A program made the translations under genes and the position numbers. Under the pieces are notes generated by a model. The model was not told where the DNA came from. It did no database searches and was given only the letters and a program-made list of their open reading frames with translations. Positions 39,069 to 48,240 of a stretch of 64,000 nucleotides of DNA are shown piece after piece. The stretch spans positions 32,020 through 96,019 of the IMG/VR virus record IMGVR_UViG_3300038468_000170, one strand, 5' to 3'. Every line of letters begins with the position of its first letter. Within the stretch, counting starts at the first letter, position 1. Source of the DNA: a virus.

Positions 39069-40922
39069 ATGCAAGCTTTCGACACAGAAACTTTCCTAAT
39101 CGCGGACGGCAACCTCGCCCCTGATCTGGTTTGCGTTTCGTACGCCGGTCCGGATTACAGCGCCCGGCTGTATCACGCGATCGATGGGTCCCCGACGTTT
39201 CGTGCGATGGCTGACTGCGCCTTGGGTAACAACACTCCGGTGATCGGCGCGAACGTCGCCTACGACATGGGCGTCATGCTCGCGCACGATCCGTCGCTCG
39301 AGGATCGTATTTGGACGCTGTACGATCGTGGTCTCGTGCGTGACGTGATCATGCGCCAGAAGATGATCGATATCGCGATGGGCTGCTATGGCGGCTTCAG
39401 GCGTGGTGAGGACGGTAAGACGTACAAAATCGGGTACAGTCTGGCTGAGCTCGTAAAGCGACACCTCGGTCACGAGCTCGACAAAGGCGCGGACACCTGG
39501 CGCCTCAGGTACTCCGAGCTCTACGAAGTACCTTTGTACGAGTGGCCCAAGGAAGCACGTCAGTACGCTGAAGACGACGCAGTCGCGACGATGGGCGTCT
39601 ACCAGGTGCAAGAAGAGCACGCGGCGCTCCTTCTCGACGAGCCTGCACGGTGTCGCACGGCGTGGATGCTCCACCTCATGTCTTGCTATGGAATCAAGAC
39701 GGATCCGGAAGCCGTTCGGGCGTTCGTCGCAGTGACAGAGCGGAGTGTCGAGGAGGTCAAGGCGCTTCTCGAGCAACACGGGCTCGTGCGCGCAAGTGGC
39801 ACACGAGACACCAAGGCTGCGAAGGCTCGCATGGTGCAGGTTTGCCAAGAGAAAGGTTTGGAGATCGCATCGACCGATGGCGGGGACGTCGCGCTCGACG
39901 ACGCTACGTGCAAGGCGACCGGAGATCCGATCCTTTGCGCGTACGCGAACTTCTCGAGTCTTGCGAAGGTCGTCTCGACAGATTTGCCGATCCTCATGAA
40001 AGGTATCGACAAACCAATCCAGACGCGCTTCGAGCCGCTTCTCGAAACCGGGCGCACGTCATCGAGTAACCCCAACATCCAGAACATCAAACGCCTCGTT
40101 GGGATGCGTGAGTGCTTCCGTCCGCGCCCTGGGTACGTCTATGTCGACGCTGACTATGCGATGCTCGAACTTTGTACGTGGGCGCAGACTTGTCTTTGGG
40201 CCCTAGGACGCTCGAGGCTCGCGGAGGTTCTGAACGCCGGTCAGGATCCACATCTCGACTTCGCGGCCCAGATCCTCGGTATCACGTACGACGAAGCGAA
40301 GGCGCGACGCAAAGCTGGCGACAAGGAGGTCGAACAGCGCCGTCTAGTGGCCAAGGTTGGGAACTTTGGTTTTCCTGGTGGCCTCGGTGCGGACAGTTTC
40401 GTCGAATACGCCGCGAGCTCGTACAAGGTGAACCTGACTGTTGAGCAGGCCAAGGATCTGAAACGTTTCTGGTTAGCGTCGTGGCCGGAAGCTCGGGCAT
40501 ATTTCAATTGGATTGCGAGCAAAGAGGTGGACGGTAAGACGTCCCTTCAACGCTTCGTCGTAGGTTCCTGGCGTTCCGGCATGAGGTACACGGTCGCGTG
40601 CAACGACCCGTTCCAGAGTTTGGGCGCGACGGCCGCAACGTGGGCCGGGTACGACCTTGCTAGGGCTTGCTATCACGAACGAGACCACGTGCTTTTCGGC
40701 TCGAGGCCCGTCAATTTCATTCATGACCAGTACCTTGTCGAGGTACCTGATGACGAGCGTGCGCACGATCGTGCAATGGCCGTGGCGAGCATCATGGTCG
40801 CAGCCGCGAAGCGCGCAATCCCTGATGTGACACCGAAGGTCGAGCCGCTTCTGTGCAGGTACTGGAGCAAGGACGCAAAGGCCGTCTACAAGGATGGGAG
40901 GCTCGTTCCGTGGCCCTCGTAG
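39069..40922 (+). CDS. polA: Family A DNA polymerase with 3'-5' exonuclease
   Basis: FDTET, N..YD and YA..D exonuclease motifs; TGR.SS..PNIQN, DADYAMLE, R..AK..NFG and IHDQ polymerase motifs. Confidence 0.95.
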   Translation: MQAFDTETFLIADGNLAPDLVCVSYAGPDYSARLYHAIDGSPTFRAMADCALGNNTPVIGANVAYDMGVMLAHDPSLEDRIWTLYDRGLVRDVIMRQKMIDIAMGCYGGFRRGEDGKTYKIGYSLAELVKRHLGHELDKGADTWRLRYSELYEVPLYEWPKEARQYAEDDAVATMGVYQVQEEHAALLLDEPARCRTAWMLHLMSCYGIKTDPEAVRAFVAVTERSVEEVKALLEQHGLVRASGTRDTKAAKARMVQVCQEKGLEIASTDGGDVALDDATCKATGDPILCAYANFSSLAKVVSTDLPILMKGIDKPIQTRFEPLLETGRTSSSNPNIQNIKRLVGMRECFRPRPGYVYVDADYAMLELCTWAQTCLWALGRSRLAEVLNAGQDPHLDFAAQILGITYDEAKARRKAGDKEVEQRRLVAKVGNFGFPGGLGADSFVEYAASSYKVNLTVEQAKDLKRFWLASWPEARAYFNWIASKEVDGKTSLQRFVVGSWRSGMRYTVACNDPFQSLGATAATWAGYDLARACYHERDHVLFGSRPVNFIHDQYLVEVPDDERAHDRAMAVASIMVAAAKRAIPDVTPKVEPLLCRYWSKDAKAVYKDGRLVPWPS

Positions 40923-41368
40923 CGATCGACCCGGGCAAGACAACGGGTGTGGCGGTGTTCTTAGGTGACGTGCTGCACCTCGCCATGGTCTGTGACGAAG
41001 AGCAGTGCCTGATGCACATCGAGAACTACGCACCTGTTCGACAAGGAAAGCCCGCGGGAGACTGCATCATCGAGGTGCCCCAAGTTTACCCAGGCCAGCA
41101 ACAGAAGGGCGATCAGAACGACCTAATCAAGTTGGCTGTCATGGTCGGTCGATACGCCGATCGTGCAACGGCTTGTGGTTTTTGCATCAAGTTGGTCAAG
41201 CCGCGTGAGTGGAAGGGGCAGCTCCCTAAGGACGTGTGCTGGAAGCGTGTACGTGAGACGCTGACGTCTTTCGAGCTTACGAAACTCGCGAAGCTCCCAA
41301 AATCTCGTGCGCACAACATGCACGATGCGATCGGACTCGGAACGTGGTTCCAGAAAAGGTGGAGATAG
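40910..41368 (+). CDS. RuvC-like Holliday junction resolvase
   Basis: VAIDPG..TG, IIEVP, P.EWKG..PK and DAIGLG motifs. Confidence 0.85.
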   Translation: MALVAIDPGKTTGVAVFLGDVLHLAMVCDEEQCLMHIENYAPVRQGKPAGDCIIEVPQVYPGQQQKGDQNDLIKLAVMVGRYADRATACGFCIKLVKPREWKGQLPKDVCWKRVRETLTSFELTKLAKLPKSRAHNMHDAIGLGTWFQKRWR

Positions 41369-41607
41369 TGGCAACGAAAAAAAGAGGTGTCATGACGCTG
41401 AAGGCGTGGTTCGAAAGCACGCTTCCACCAGGCATGACGAAGACGGCCTACGCCAAGTTCTTGGCGGAAAAGTCCGGTGGCAAGATCGGAATGTCGACGA
41501 TCCTGAACACGCTCAAGGGCCAGAGGCTCACCGGATACGCCAAAGGGCGTGCTTTGAGTGATTTGACGGGTGGCAAGGTTCCGCTCACGGAGATCGTGGA
41601 CACATGA
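41368..41607 (+). CDS. Small Cro-like HTH protein
   Basis: MTLKAW...A.....TGGKV pattern. Confidence 0.55.
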   Translation: MATKKRGVMTLKAWFESTLPPGMTKTAYAKFLAEKSGGKIGMSTILNTLKGQRLTGYAKGRALSDLTGGKVPLTEIVDT

Positions 41608-42197
41608 CTGAGTCAGTTGCCGTAGCAGACAGTGTTTGGGTGAAGCGCCCGCAAGACCTTGAGAGCAAGGAGGCACTCGCGGAGCTCTCCGCGTCTCTTC
41701 AGGATCTTCCGTGCGATGCTGTCACGTATCCGGGGATCTGCGATGCCCTGATCGACGTGAAGGCACGTGTGAAGAGTCTTACGGCGCAGCGTGAGACGGT
41801 GCTCGGGCCACTTCGGGAGGCCGAACGGGCGGTGCGAGAGTGGTTCCGAGCCCCGCTCGAGACGTACCAGACGATCGAAACGGTTCTCAAGGCCCGCGTG
41901 GCCGCCTACCAGGAGACGCTCCGTCAGGAGAAGCACGCGGCCATTGTCGCTGCGGGGCAGGCCCCTACGCCGTCGGCAATGGCCCAGTTGACGGCACTTG
42001 CCGTGCCCCCGACCCCTGCGGCCATCTCGTTTCGGAAGGTCTGGAAGGTCGAAATCACGGACCCGAATCTTGTGCCGCGGGAGTACCTGTTGATCGATAC
42101 GTCGGCGCTCCGGAAGGTTTGCCAGGCCACGGATGGCAAGGCTCAGATCCCGGGCGTTCGGTTCGTTCAGGAGCAGAGCGTGGCGGTTGGATCATGA
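41604..42197 (+). CDS. Mu Gam-like / Gp157-like coiled-coil protein
   Basis: Coiled coil followed by WKVEITD..LVPREYL..D...IPGV. Confidence 0.7.
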   Translation: MTESVAVADSVWVKRPQDLESKEALAELSASLQDLPCDAVTYPGICDALIDVKARVKSLTAQRETVLGPLREAERAVREWFRAPLETYQTIETVLKARVAAYQETLRQEKHAAIVAAGQAPTPSAMAQLTALAVPPTPAAISFRKVWKVEITDPNLVPREYLLIDTSALRKVCQATDGKAQIPGVRFVQEQSVAVGS

Positions 42198-42198
42198 A

Positions 42199-42229
42199 TC
42201 GCGGCATCGTAGGCTCCGCGTTGCCTTGG
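42199..42229 (+). repeat. 31-bp repeat, copy 1 (inverted copy at 46851-46881)
   Basis: TCGCGGCATCGTAGGCTCCGCGTTGCCTTGG; 29/31 identical to copy 2. Confidence 0.85.
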
Positions 42230-42502
42230 TCTGGAAAGCTGTACGTCTTTGCGTCTCTCGCAGAGGTTCCGGGGGCTCCCCGCGGCCTTGGGGCGTGCAG
42301 GCAGACGACGTGCTCGGGTCTCATCTGTACCCGACCTGTCTCGCGATCTTTCGAAGCTGCCTCTGGTTGCGCCCCCGCCCCGCGCGCGGCGGGTGGTTGG
42401 GGATTTCTATCCCACGAGAGAGCCGCTGGAACCGCCATGTGGCGTTCAGCATGGCCTCTTTGGTCATGATTTGCAGAAGCAAGAGTGAGCGTTGCGAAGC
42501 CA

Positions 42503-42784
42503 TCAGTGGATCCCTTTCATGCGCCAAAGAATGAACGCTACAATCGCAGCGATCAGCAAGACCACCCATCGGTGCCGCCACGGAGGGCTCTCAGCCTCGT
42601 CGCCCTCGACGATCTCCGAGTAGTCGCACACCCAAACCCTCCCCGAGAGCATGGCGCGCTTGCCTGACTCCGTTTGCCCGAACACCTCAGCCTCGTGCGG
42701 TGTGAAAGGGCCAGCCTCGATCTCTTCGAGCTCGGGCGGGTCGGAGATCCCGCGGAATCTGAAGAGGTACCTGGACTTCTTCAC
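42503..42784 (-). CDS. Hypothetical protein with C-terminal TM segment
   Basis: GTGA-coupled start (VKKSRY). Confidence 0.55.
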   Translation of the reverse strand: MKKSRYLFRFRGISDPPELEEIEAGPFTPHEAEVFGQTESGKRAMLSGRVWVCDYSEIVEGDEAESPPWRHRWVVLLIAAIVAFILWRMKGIH

Positions 42785-43092
42785 GAGATCCCCACCTTCT
42801 GTTTGCCGAAGATGCGGTCGTAGCCGTCCCGATACGCCGGTGTCGTGACCTGCGCCGGGCCGCTTCTCTCGCCGCAGACGGACTCGAGTTTTCGCCAGTG
42901 TCCGCACTCGCAGCTCGAGTCACCGACGATTACGAGTTCCGATCCGGGTTGGATGGGTTTTCCGTCTTGCGCGAGTCGCACCAGAACGCGCTGGACTTCA
43001 CCGTTGCGTCGGCGAAGAGCGGCGTACACGCCGGGGGAGATTTCGGGGCCGATGGCGATCTCGTCTGGTGGTGCAGGTTTCTTCGGTGTCAC
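42781..43092 (-). CDS. Hypothetical protein
   Basis: C-terminal GPAQVTTPAYRDGYDRIFG motif. Confidence 0.6.
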   Translation of the reverse strand: MTPKKPAPPDEIAIGPEISPGVYAALRRRNGEVQRVLVRLAQDGKPIQPGSELVIVGDSSCECGHWRKLESVCGERSGPAQVTTPAYRDGYDRIFGKQKVGIS

Positions 43093-43439
43093 GGCGCGCC
43101 ACCATCGAGAGGCGGCGGCACGAACTCAGAGCAATCGCAACAGAAATTGCCGCCGTCTGGTCTCGGCCCAAACAGAACCATGCAGCCCGCGTTGTGCATG
43201 TGCCGAGGGTGACCGCAGTTTGCGCAAGACCACATCGGCACGTGGACCTTTGCGAAGCACTCGGGGCATAGCCCGATGCTGTTTTGCGAACGGAACGGGA
43301 ACCGGTCGCCACTGGCGTGAAGAACAACGGTTTGCAGACTTTCCTCACGTGAGATCAGTCTGCCGCATCCGTCGCATCGCTCTCGATCTTCGACGGCGTT
43401 TACGGCGCCGCAGTTGCGGCAGTGTCGCTCGTAGCTCAT
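43089..43439 (-). CDS. Cys-rich zinc-finger protein
   Basis: Multiple CxxC and C..CGH...H motifs. Confidence 0.6.
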   Translation of the reverse strand: MSYERHCRNCGAVNAVEDRERCDGCGRLISREESLQTVVLHASGDRFPFRSQNSIGLCPECFAKVHVPMWSCANCGHPRHMHNAGCMVLFGPRPDGGNFCCDCSEFVPPPLDGGAP

Positions 43440-43678
43440 CAGTTCGCCATTTTCTGAGACGATTTCTGCTTCGTCTGAAAGTAGGCTCGATCGTTCATCT
43501 GCCGGATCAGGTTCCGTTGTATGTTATTCTCTTCCTTTAGAGCTTCGATGAGAGCTTCGAGAGCCTTGACGTACGCGCGACGGCTCCGGTCAAGGGCGAC
43601 GGTTAACATGTATGCCAACTTGACACCGAGCATGGCGCTACAAAAGCAGGCGATATTGAGCAGGACGTTATGCATCAC
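43439..43678 (-). CDS. Small membrane/coiled-coil protein
   Basis: GTGA-coupled; N-terminal TM segment. Confidence 0.5.
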   Translation of the reverse strand: MMHNVLLNIACFCSAMLGVKLAYMLTVALDRSRRAYVKALEALIEALKEENNIQRNLIRQMNDRAYFQTKQKSSQKMAN

Positions 43679-44004
43679 GGCGCGTGCGTCCCCTCGACCT
43701 CTCGCTCTTCGCGATCGGCCGTGCGCTTCTCGAGCCAGAGGAGCGCCGTCTCGAGGTGCGTGAGCGCGATGGCGTTTTCGCGGCACGAAAACTTGCCTCC
43801 CGCCGCCTTCTGGTAGAACTGGAGGCGGCCGATTGCTGCTTGCACGACGCCCTCGACGAAGGCGCCGTTCGGTTCCTTGCGGTCTGCACCGCGCCCGAGC
43901 GGGCCGTCTTGCCACTCGATACCGATGCCGGTACCGGTGGTTGAGCCGCCAGCGGGGTTACTGTTCTGATCGAGTACGTGTTTCTCTTCGAGTTTCTGTT
44001 TCAT
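43675..44004 (-). CDS. Tad1/Acb2-family cyclic-nucleotide sponge (anti-Thoeris/anti-CBASS)
   Basis: WQDGP...NG...RLQFYQ...FSCRENAIALTHLETALLWLEKRTADREEREVEGT matches the Tad1 pattern (FQ.G...RL..FQ...FS.REN..ALTH.E.AL.W...R..DR..R.V.GT). Confidence 0.85.
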   Translation of the reverse strand: MKQKLEEKHVLDQNSNPAGGSTTGTGIGIEWQDGPLGRGADRKEPNGAFVEGVVQAAIGRLQFYQKAAGGKFSCRENAIALTHLETALLWLEKRTADREEREVEGTHAP

Positions 44005-44020
44005 GGTTCGGTTCCTTTCA

Positions 44021-44509
44021 TCACCGAGACACCTCCGAGACCGCCGGCACCGAGAGCTTCCGTGCCGCCGCGATCACCGCCTCGATCGTGCGCTTGCGTC
44101 CTCGACCTCCTTCACGCTCGAGTTCTCGGACGAGCGCGCCGACGACGACTTGGGAATTGAGCAAACGCTGGTGCGCATCCTTGTCGAGCTCCGCGGCTTG
44201 GAGTTCTGATCGACGCGCCTCCCATGCGTTTGCGTCGCTCGCTCGAAACAGACGCGAGGTGAGAACTTCGTGCTGCCGTCCGGTATGCGGAGCCCGAACG
44301 AATGCGGACTCACCACGGAGGTGCCAACGCACGAACACGACCGGCACGCGACCGCGTTTCCCGCACGTCCACCAGAGCCAGGTACCGGGTTTCAGTAGCG
44401 AGACTACGTCTCCCAAAGGCCTCCTATGTTTCGACGGTTGAGGGACCGATGCTAGACCCGGGCAGCCGGCGCCGTCAAGAATCTTGTCAGACAACGTGAC
44501 GAGGGGCAT
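44021..44509 (-). CDS. Hypothetical protein (start uncertain)
   Basis: Operon context only. Confidence 0.4.
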   Translation of the reverse strand: MPLVTLSDKILDGAGCPGLASVPQPSKHRRPLGDVVSLLKPGTWLWWTCGKRGRVPVVFVRWHLRGESAFVRAPHTGRQHEVLTSRLFRASDANAWEARRSELQAAELDKDAHQRLLNSQVVVGALVRELEREGGRGRKRTIEAVIAAARKLSVPAVSEVSR

Positions 44510-44522
44510 ACTGGAGGCCGGA

Positions 44523-44696
44523 ATGACTCAAGACGCCATCATCTATGCCCGAGTACCTCGTGAGCTACGCAAGGCGCTCGAACGCGAGCGGCAGCGAATG
44601 AGTCGCGCGTCGGGCGTCGAGGTGAAGACGAGCGCGGTCATCCGCTCGATCCTCGAACGAGCGTTGCGGAAGACGTCCCGTAGAGCGGTCGCATGA
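44523..44696 (+). CDS. Ribbon-helix-helix DNA-binding protein
   Basis: GGAGG RBS; IYARVPRELRKALE...SAVIRSIL. Confidence 0.7.
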   Translation: MTQDAIIYARVPRELRKALERERQRMSRASGVEVKTSAVIRSILERALRKTSRRAVA

Positions 44697-45019
44697 GCTA
44701 TCCAAGGCAGCGCGAAGCCTACAATGTCGCGACGAAGGGCAGTGGCCGGATTTCGATTTCCAGCCGCGGAGGAACCATGCGCGCCGCCGTGAAACGGAAT
44801 GAATTGGCGGAGTTCATCATCGACTACGTGCGGGGGCATCCCGGCGTGAGTGCGTACGCGGTGGCGCAGGCACACGAGGGGAGTTACGCGGCGACCTACC
44901 GCGCCGTCGATCGATTGGTGCGGGATGGGCGGTTGGTAGTGACCCTGCCGCCCGGTTTCTTCGCCGCTGGATCCCGACGATCTTATCGGTACAGGGTGAA
45001 CGAAGAAGAAGAGCAGTAA
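44693..45019 (+). CDS. Winged-helix-like protein
   Basis: IIDYVRGHPG.S...YRAVDRLVRDG. Confidence 0.55.
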   Translation: MSYPRQREAYNVATKGSGRISISSRGGTMRAAVKRNELAEFIIDYVRGHPGVSAYAVAQAHEGSYAATYRAVDRLVRDGRLVVTLPPGFFAAGSRRSYRYRVNEEEEQ

Positions 45020-45899
45020 CGGCGTTACAAGCGTCACGCTCGGAAAGCGAAGACAGAATGGCAAATCAACGATTGCTGCCTCGTAGTGGGTGCAAAGAAA
45101 TGGAGCGGCCAGCACGGACGCCGCTCACGTGGCCGGCATCCGCTGAGATTCAACGCCGAGCGTTGCTGCGACAACTTGAACGGCGACATCAATCCAGCGA
45201 TCGTCTGCGCATTATCGGACTACGTCCGGAGCCTCCGAAGAAGCGCCCGAGCGGGGCGGTCACCAGGAGGAAATAACGAACAATTTCACGGCTACTCTCC
45301 CGCGTACGCCATTGAGTATTGCCCCGACCTTCGGCGTACGGTAGCCTGTCCCCTGTTCGTTCCGTTTGAGTTGAACAGGGGTCCAGACCTTCCCGGTCGG
45401 GACCTAGACCGGCCCCCGCTCCAACGGGGGTCGAGTCGTTTTGGGGTTACTCGGTGGGTTTCGTGTGGACGATCTCCCATTTGCCGGGGGCAGGGTTCCT
45501 GGCACGTCCCTGGCGCTTCAAGGACCAGAGGATGGCTCGAATCCGATGGGTCGCGTCCGCGGCCTTCTCCTCGTTCGGGTAGACGAGTCTCGTCAGGTCA
45601 AGGATCGACATGCGTGGATGCGCTTCCAGAGCTTCGACCACTGCGTTGGTCTTGTTGACACGCAGAACGTATCGTGTGCGTCCATTTGCCGGTTTTTCTA
45701 GACTTCCAGAACCCGACGAAGAGGCTCTTCACATGATTTCCGCAACGTGGCTCGTCGATCTTGCCGAGCGAAAACTCGGTCCTGGTGCGATCATTCGCGT
45801 GACTGCCGAGGGGTGGGTTGCCGTACTCGGTGCCACGCGCGTTACGGCGAAGACGCGGGACACGTTGGTGTGGTTCCTCGAACAAATGCCAGATCGAAG

Positions 45900-45928
45900 T
45901 TGACAACTTCCGGGCGGCGTCGCATCTT
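45900..45928 (+). promoter_or_regulatory. Sigma70-type promoter
   Basis: TTGACA-17 bp-CATCTT upstream of the 45955 gene, which has an AAGGAG RBS. Confidence 0.5.
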
Positions 45929-45954
45929 GGCGCGCGGACTCAGAAAGGAGAACT

Positions 45955-46176
45955 GTGATGGCGAAGGTATCGGAGAAGACGAAAGAGCTGTGGGCGGGCT
46001 GGACGCGGGACGCGCTGAAAGGCTACTCGCCCCCCGACGACGCGAACAACGACGAGATCGTCGACGACATGGTCGAGATCTCGATCAAGTACGCCGACGA
46101 CATGCTCGAGGAGTACGAGGGGCGATTCGAGGGCGGAGACGGACGACGGCGGCGCAAGCCCGCCGACGATGACTGA
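45955..46176 (+). CDS. Small acidic protein
   Basis: Strong RBS; D/E-rich. Confidence 0.7.
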   Translation: MMAKVSEKTKELWAGWTRDALKGYSPPDDANNDEIVDDMVEISIKYADDMLEEYEGRFEGGDGRRRRKPADDD

Positions 46177-46190
46177 GAAAGGAAGGAAAG

Positions 46191-46403
46191 ATGGCAAAGA
46201 AGAAGATCCAGCGAGTCGTGGTGGACAAGACGTACCTCGAACTCCTCGAGAAGAAGGCGGAGCTGCTCGACGGCGTGTTCGTCGAGGGTGCCGTTTCGTT
46301 CTCCGTGGAGACCATCAAAGAGTACGCGCGAATCGAGAAAGCGTGGAACAAGGGTGACTTTCTCTGTACCGTCGAGCCGTACGAAGAGCCGAAGGAGAAG
46401 TGA
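46191..46403 (+). CDS. Hypothetical protein
   Basis: AAGGA RBS. Confidence 0.65.
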   Translation: MAKKKIQRVVVDKTYLELLEKKAELLDGVFVEGAVSFSVETIKEYARIEKAWNKGDFLCTVEPYEEPKEK

Positions 46404-46406
46404 AGC

Positions 46407-46496
46407 GTGGCAACCAAGAAGAAGCCCAAGAAAGTCGTGCACCGCAAGTGCGGCGTGTGCGGCAAGCGCGGCCACAACCGGCGAAGTCACGGATGA
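46407..46496 (+). CDS. 29-aa basic zinc-knuckle peptide (not in ORF track)
   Basis: MATKKKPKKVVHRKCGVCGKRGHNRRSHG; AAGGAG RBS; stop coupled to the next ATG. Confidence 0.55.
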   Translation: MATKKKPKKVVHRKCGVCGKRGHNRRSHG

Positions 46497-46816
46497 CCCG
46501 GCGAACATCCCGGCGGTCCGAACGCACCACTCGAGGGGCCGAAGACCCTCGAGCGAAGGCGAAGAAGCTCATCGAGCTCGCCGTCGACAAGGAGACGCCG
46601 GAAAAAGAGGCGTTAAGCGCGGCGTGTAAGGCCGTCGACATCATCCACCGGTACGATCTACTCTCGAACCCCCTCGACGTCTTCGCCGAGAACAAGACGG
46701 TGAAGGCGGCGAAGAACGTCGTCGATACTCTCTCCGATCCGGGCCTGGTCGACAGCTTGAAGACGATCGGGGGGAGTTTGAGGGAGATCCGAGATCAGTT
46801 TTCGCGGCGTTCGTAA
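46493..46816 (+). CDS. DUF2786-like protein
   Basis: KAKKLIELA...TPEKEALSA...I.RY.L. Confidence 0.55.
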   Translation: MTRRTSRRSERTTRGAEDPRAKAKKLIELAVDKETPEKEALSAACKAVDIIHRYDLLSNPLDVFAENKTVKAAKNVVDTLSDPGLVDSLKTIGGSLREIRDQFSRRS

Positions 46817-46850
46817 GGTTCTGGTGGACTCTACTGGGTGGCTGGCCTCG

Positions 46851-46881
46851 CCAAGGCAGCGCGGAGCCTATGATGCCGCGA
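46851..46881 (-). repeat. 31-bp repeat, copy 2
   Basis: Reverse complement reads TCGCGGCATCATAGGCTCCGCGCTGCCTTGG. Confidence 0.85.
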
Positions 46882-46888
46882 CGATGTT

Positions 46889-47650
46889 CTACGTTGAGAC
46901 CTTTCTTGCAGCCTGTCGTTCGTAGTATCCGACCTTCTTCCGCCACTTCGTGAGCGCTCTCTGGGCTGCCTTCGCTCGCTTCTCGGCGCGGACGAGCATC
47001 TTAGCGGCGTGTTCGGCGCGCTTCTCGACGACTTTCGCCGTGAGTTCGGCGCGAGAAGGCTTCTCCGAGGGAGCCTTCGGGAACAGGTTGACCTCGCCAC
47101 GCGAGATTTTCTCCTTCAGCGCGGCGGTCGCGATCTGTCCCATGCCGTATGCGATGACTCCGCCGCTCGGGGGCGCATCGAGCGGCACATCGATATCCCA
47201 GAGCACTAGGCACGCCTTCCTGAACGTCAGCCGGAACCGCTCTCCGTGAGCGACGTCGCTCGGTACGGCGAGATGGCACATCTCGTGGACGAGCACCTCG
47301 AGCACCCGTTCGGGGGTCGCGTCGGGTCCGGCGGCGATGCGGAGTTTCCTCCGGACGGTGAACGCTGTCCCGCGCGTTCCGAGTTCGAGGCGATGGGCGA
47401 CCACGAGCTGGATCTTCCCGAGGTTCCCGATGAACGGCGGGAGCTTCCGGTATGCGGCAAACGCCTGGTCGAGGTCGACACCAGCGACGACGTGGCCGAG
47501 AGCCCGACGTCGGGCAACGTCGCGGCGCTGGGCAGGGCGGACGACGCACACGTAGCAGTCTGCGGGCTCCCAGGGGGACTCAGGGTCAGGTCGGTGAGCA
47601 CCGACGGACCGGCCGCAGTCGTTGCAGCGGAAGTCAGGGGCGTCGTTCAC
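46889..47650 (-). CDS. SprT-like zinc metalloprotease domain protein
   Basis: VLVHEMCH...HGERF; N-terminal CxxC; basic C-terminal helix. Confidence 0.8.
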   Translation of the reverse strand: MNDAPDFRCNDCGRSVGAHRPDPESPWEPADCYVCVVRPAQRRDVARRRALGHVVAGVDLDQAFAAYRKLPPFIGNLGKIQLVVAHRLELGTRGTAFTVRRKLRIAAGPDATPERVLEVLVHEMCHLAVPSDVAHGERFRLTFRKACLVLWDIDVPLDAPPSGGVIAYGMGQIATAALKEKISRGEVNLFPKAPSEKPSRAELTAKVVEKRAEHAAKMLVRAEKRAKAAQRALTKWRKKVGYYERQAARKVST

Positions 47651-48036
47651 GGTTGCTTCTCCTGTGCCGCCACGAGCCCGAGCCGGAGCAGCCACGTGCT
47701 CAAGCCGAGCCCCTCTCGAGCAGCGGCAGCGTCGAGCGCGGCCTTCTGCTTCGTCGTGAGGCGTATGTTGATGCTCTCTTCCTTTGGTAACCGTATGTTT
47801 TCCTTCTTTCTCCTGGGAGATATTTCCGGGTGGAGCCTCAAGGCACGCTGCTCCAGCTCGTATATGGCAGCAGGTAGATCGTCGCGCCACTCGCTCGGCA
47901 GCCGATCGTTTTTGCTTGAGTTACACCTTCGACACGCCTGAAAAATGTTTTCGGGAATGTCGCGACCGCCTCGTTTACTGGGGATGAGATGTTCTGTTCC
48001 AAGGTTCTCGGTGTCACCACAGTACAGGCACGTCAT
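47647..48036 (-). CDS. HNH endonuclease fused to a C-terminal RHH domain
   Basis: CLYCG, EHLIP...GG and N...CRRCNSSK motifs; INIRLT..QKAALD.AA...GL.LSTW. Confidence 0.8.
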   Translation of the reverse strand: MTCLYCGDTENLGTEHLIPSKRGGRDIPENIFQACRRCNSSKNDRLPSEWRDDLPAAIYELEQRALRLHPEISPRRKKENIRLPKEESINIRLTTKQKAALDAAAAREGLGLSTWLLRLGLVAAQEKQP

Positions 48037-48218
48037 CGCTTCTTCCTTCTTGCTTCAAGTACGGTGATGCCCTCGATTGCGGCAAGCCTTAACACTTCGG
48101 CGCGCGTGATACGCACCCCCATCTGCGACATGAACTTGGCGTGTGTGTCGAGCCGTTTCAAGAGCGGTGCGGGAAGCCGGATTGCCGTCTGGATCTGCTG
48201 GTCTTGCTTGGCGGTCAC
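48033..48218 (-). CDS. RHH/CopG-like regulator
   Basis: GGAG RBS; TAIRLP..LLKRLD...TRAEVLR. Confidence 0.65.
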   Translation of the reverse strand: MTAKQDQQIQTAIRLPAPLLKRLDTHAKFMSQMGVRITRAEVLRLAAIEGITVLEARRKKR

Positions 48219-48240
48219 AGTGTATCTCCATCGAATGGGC

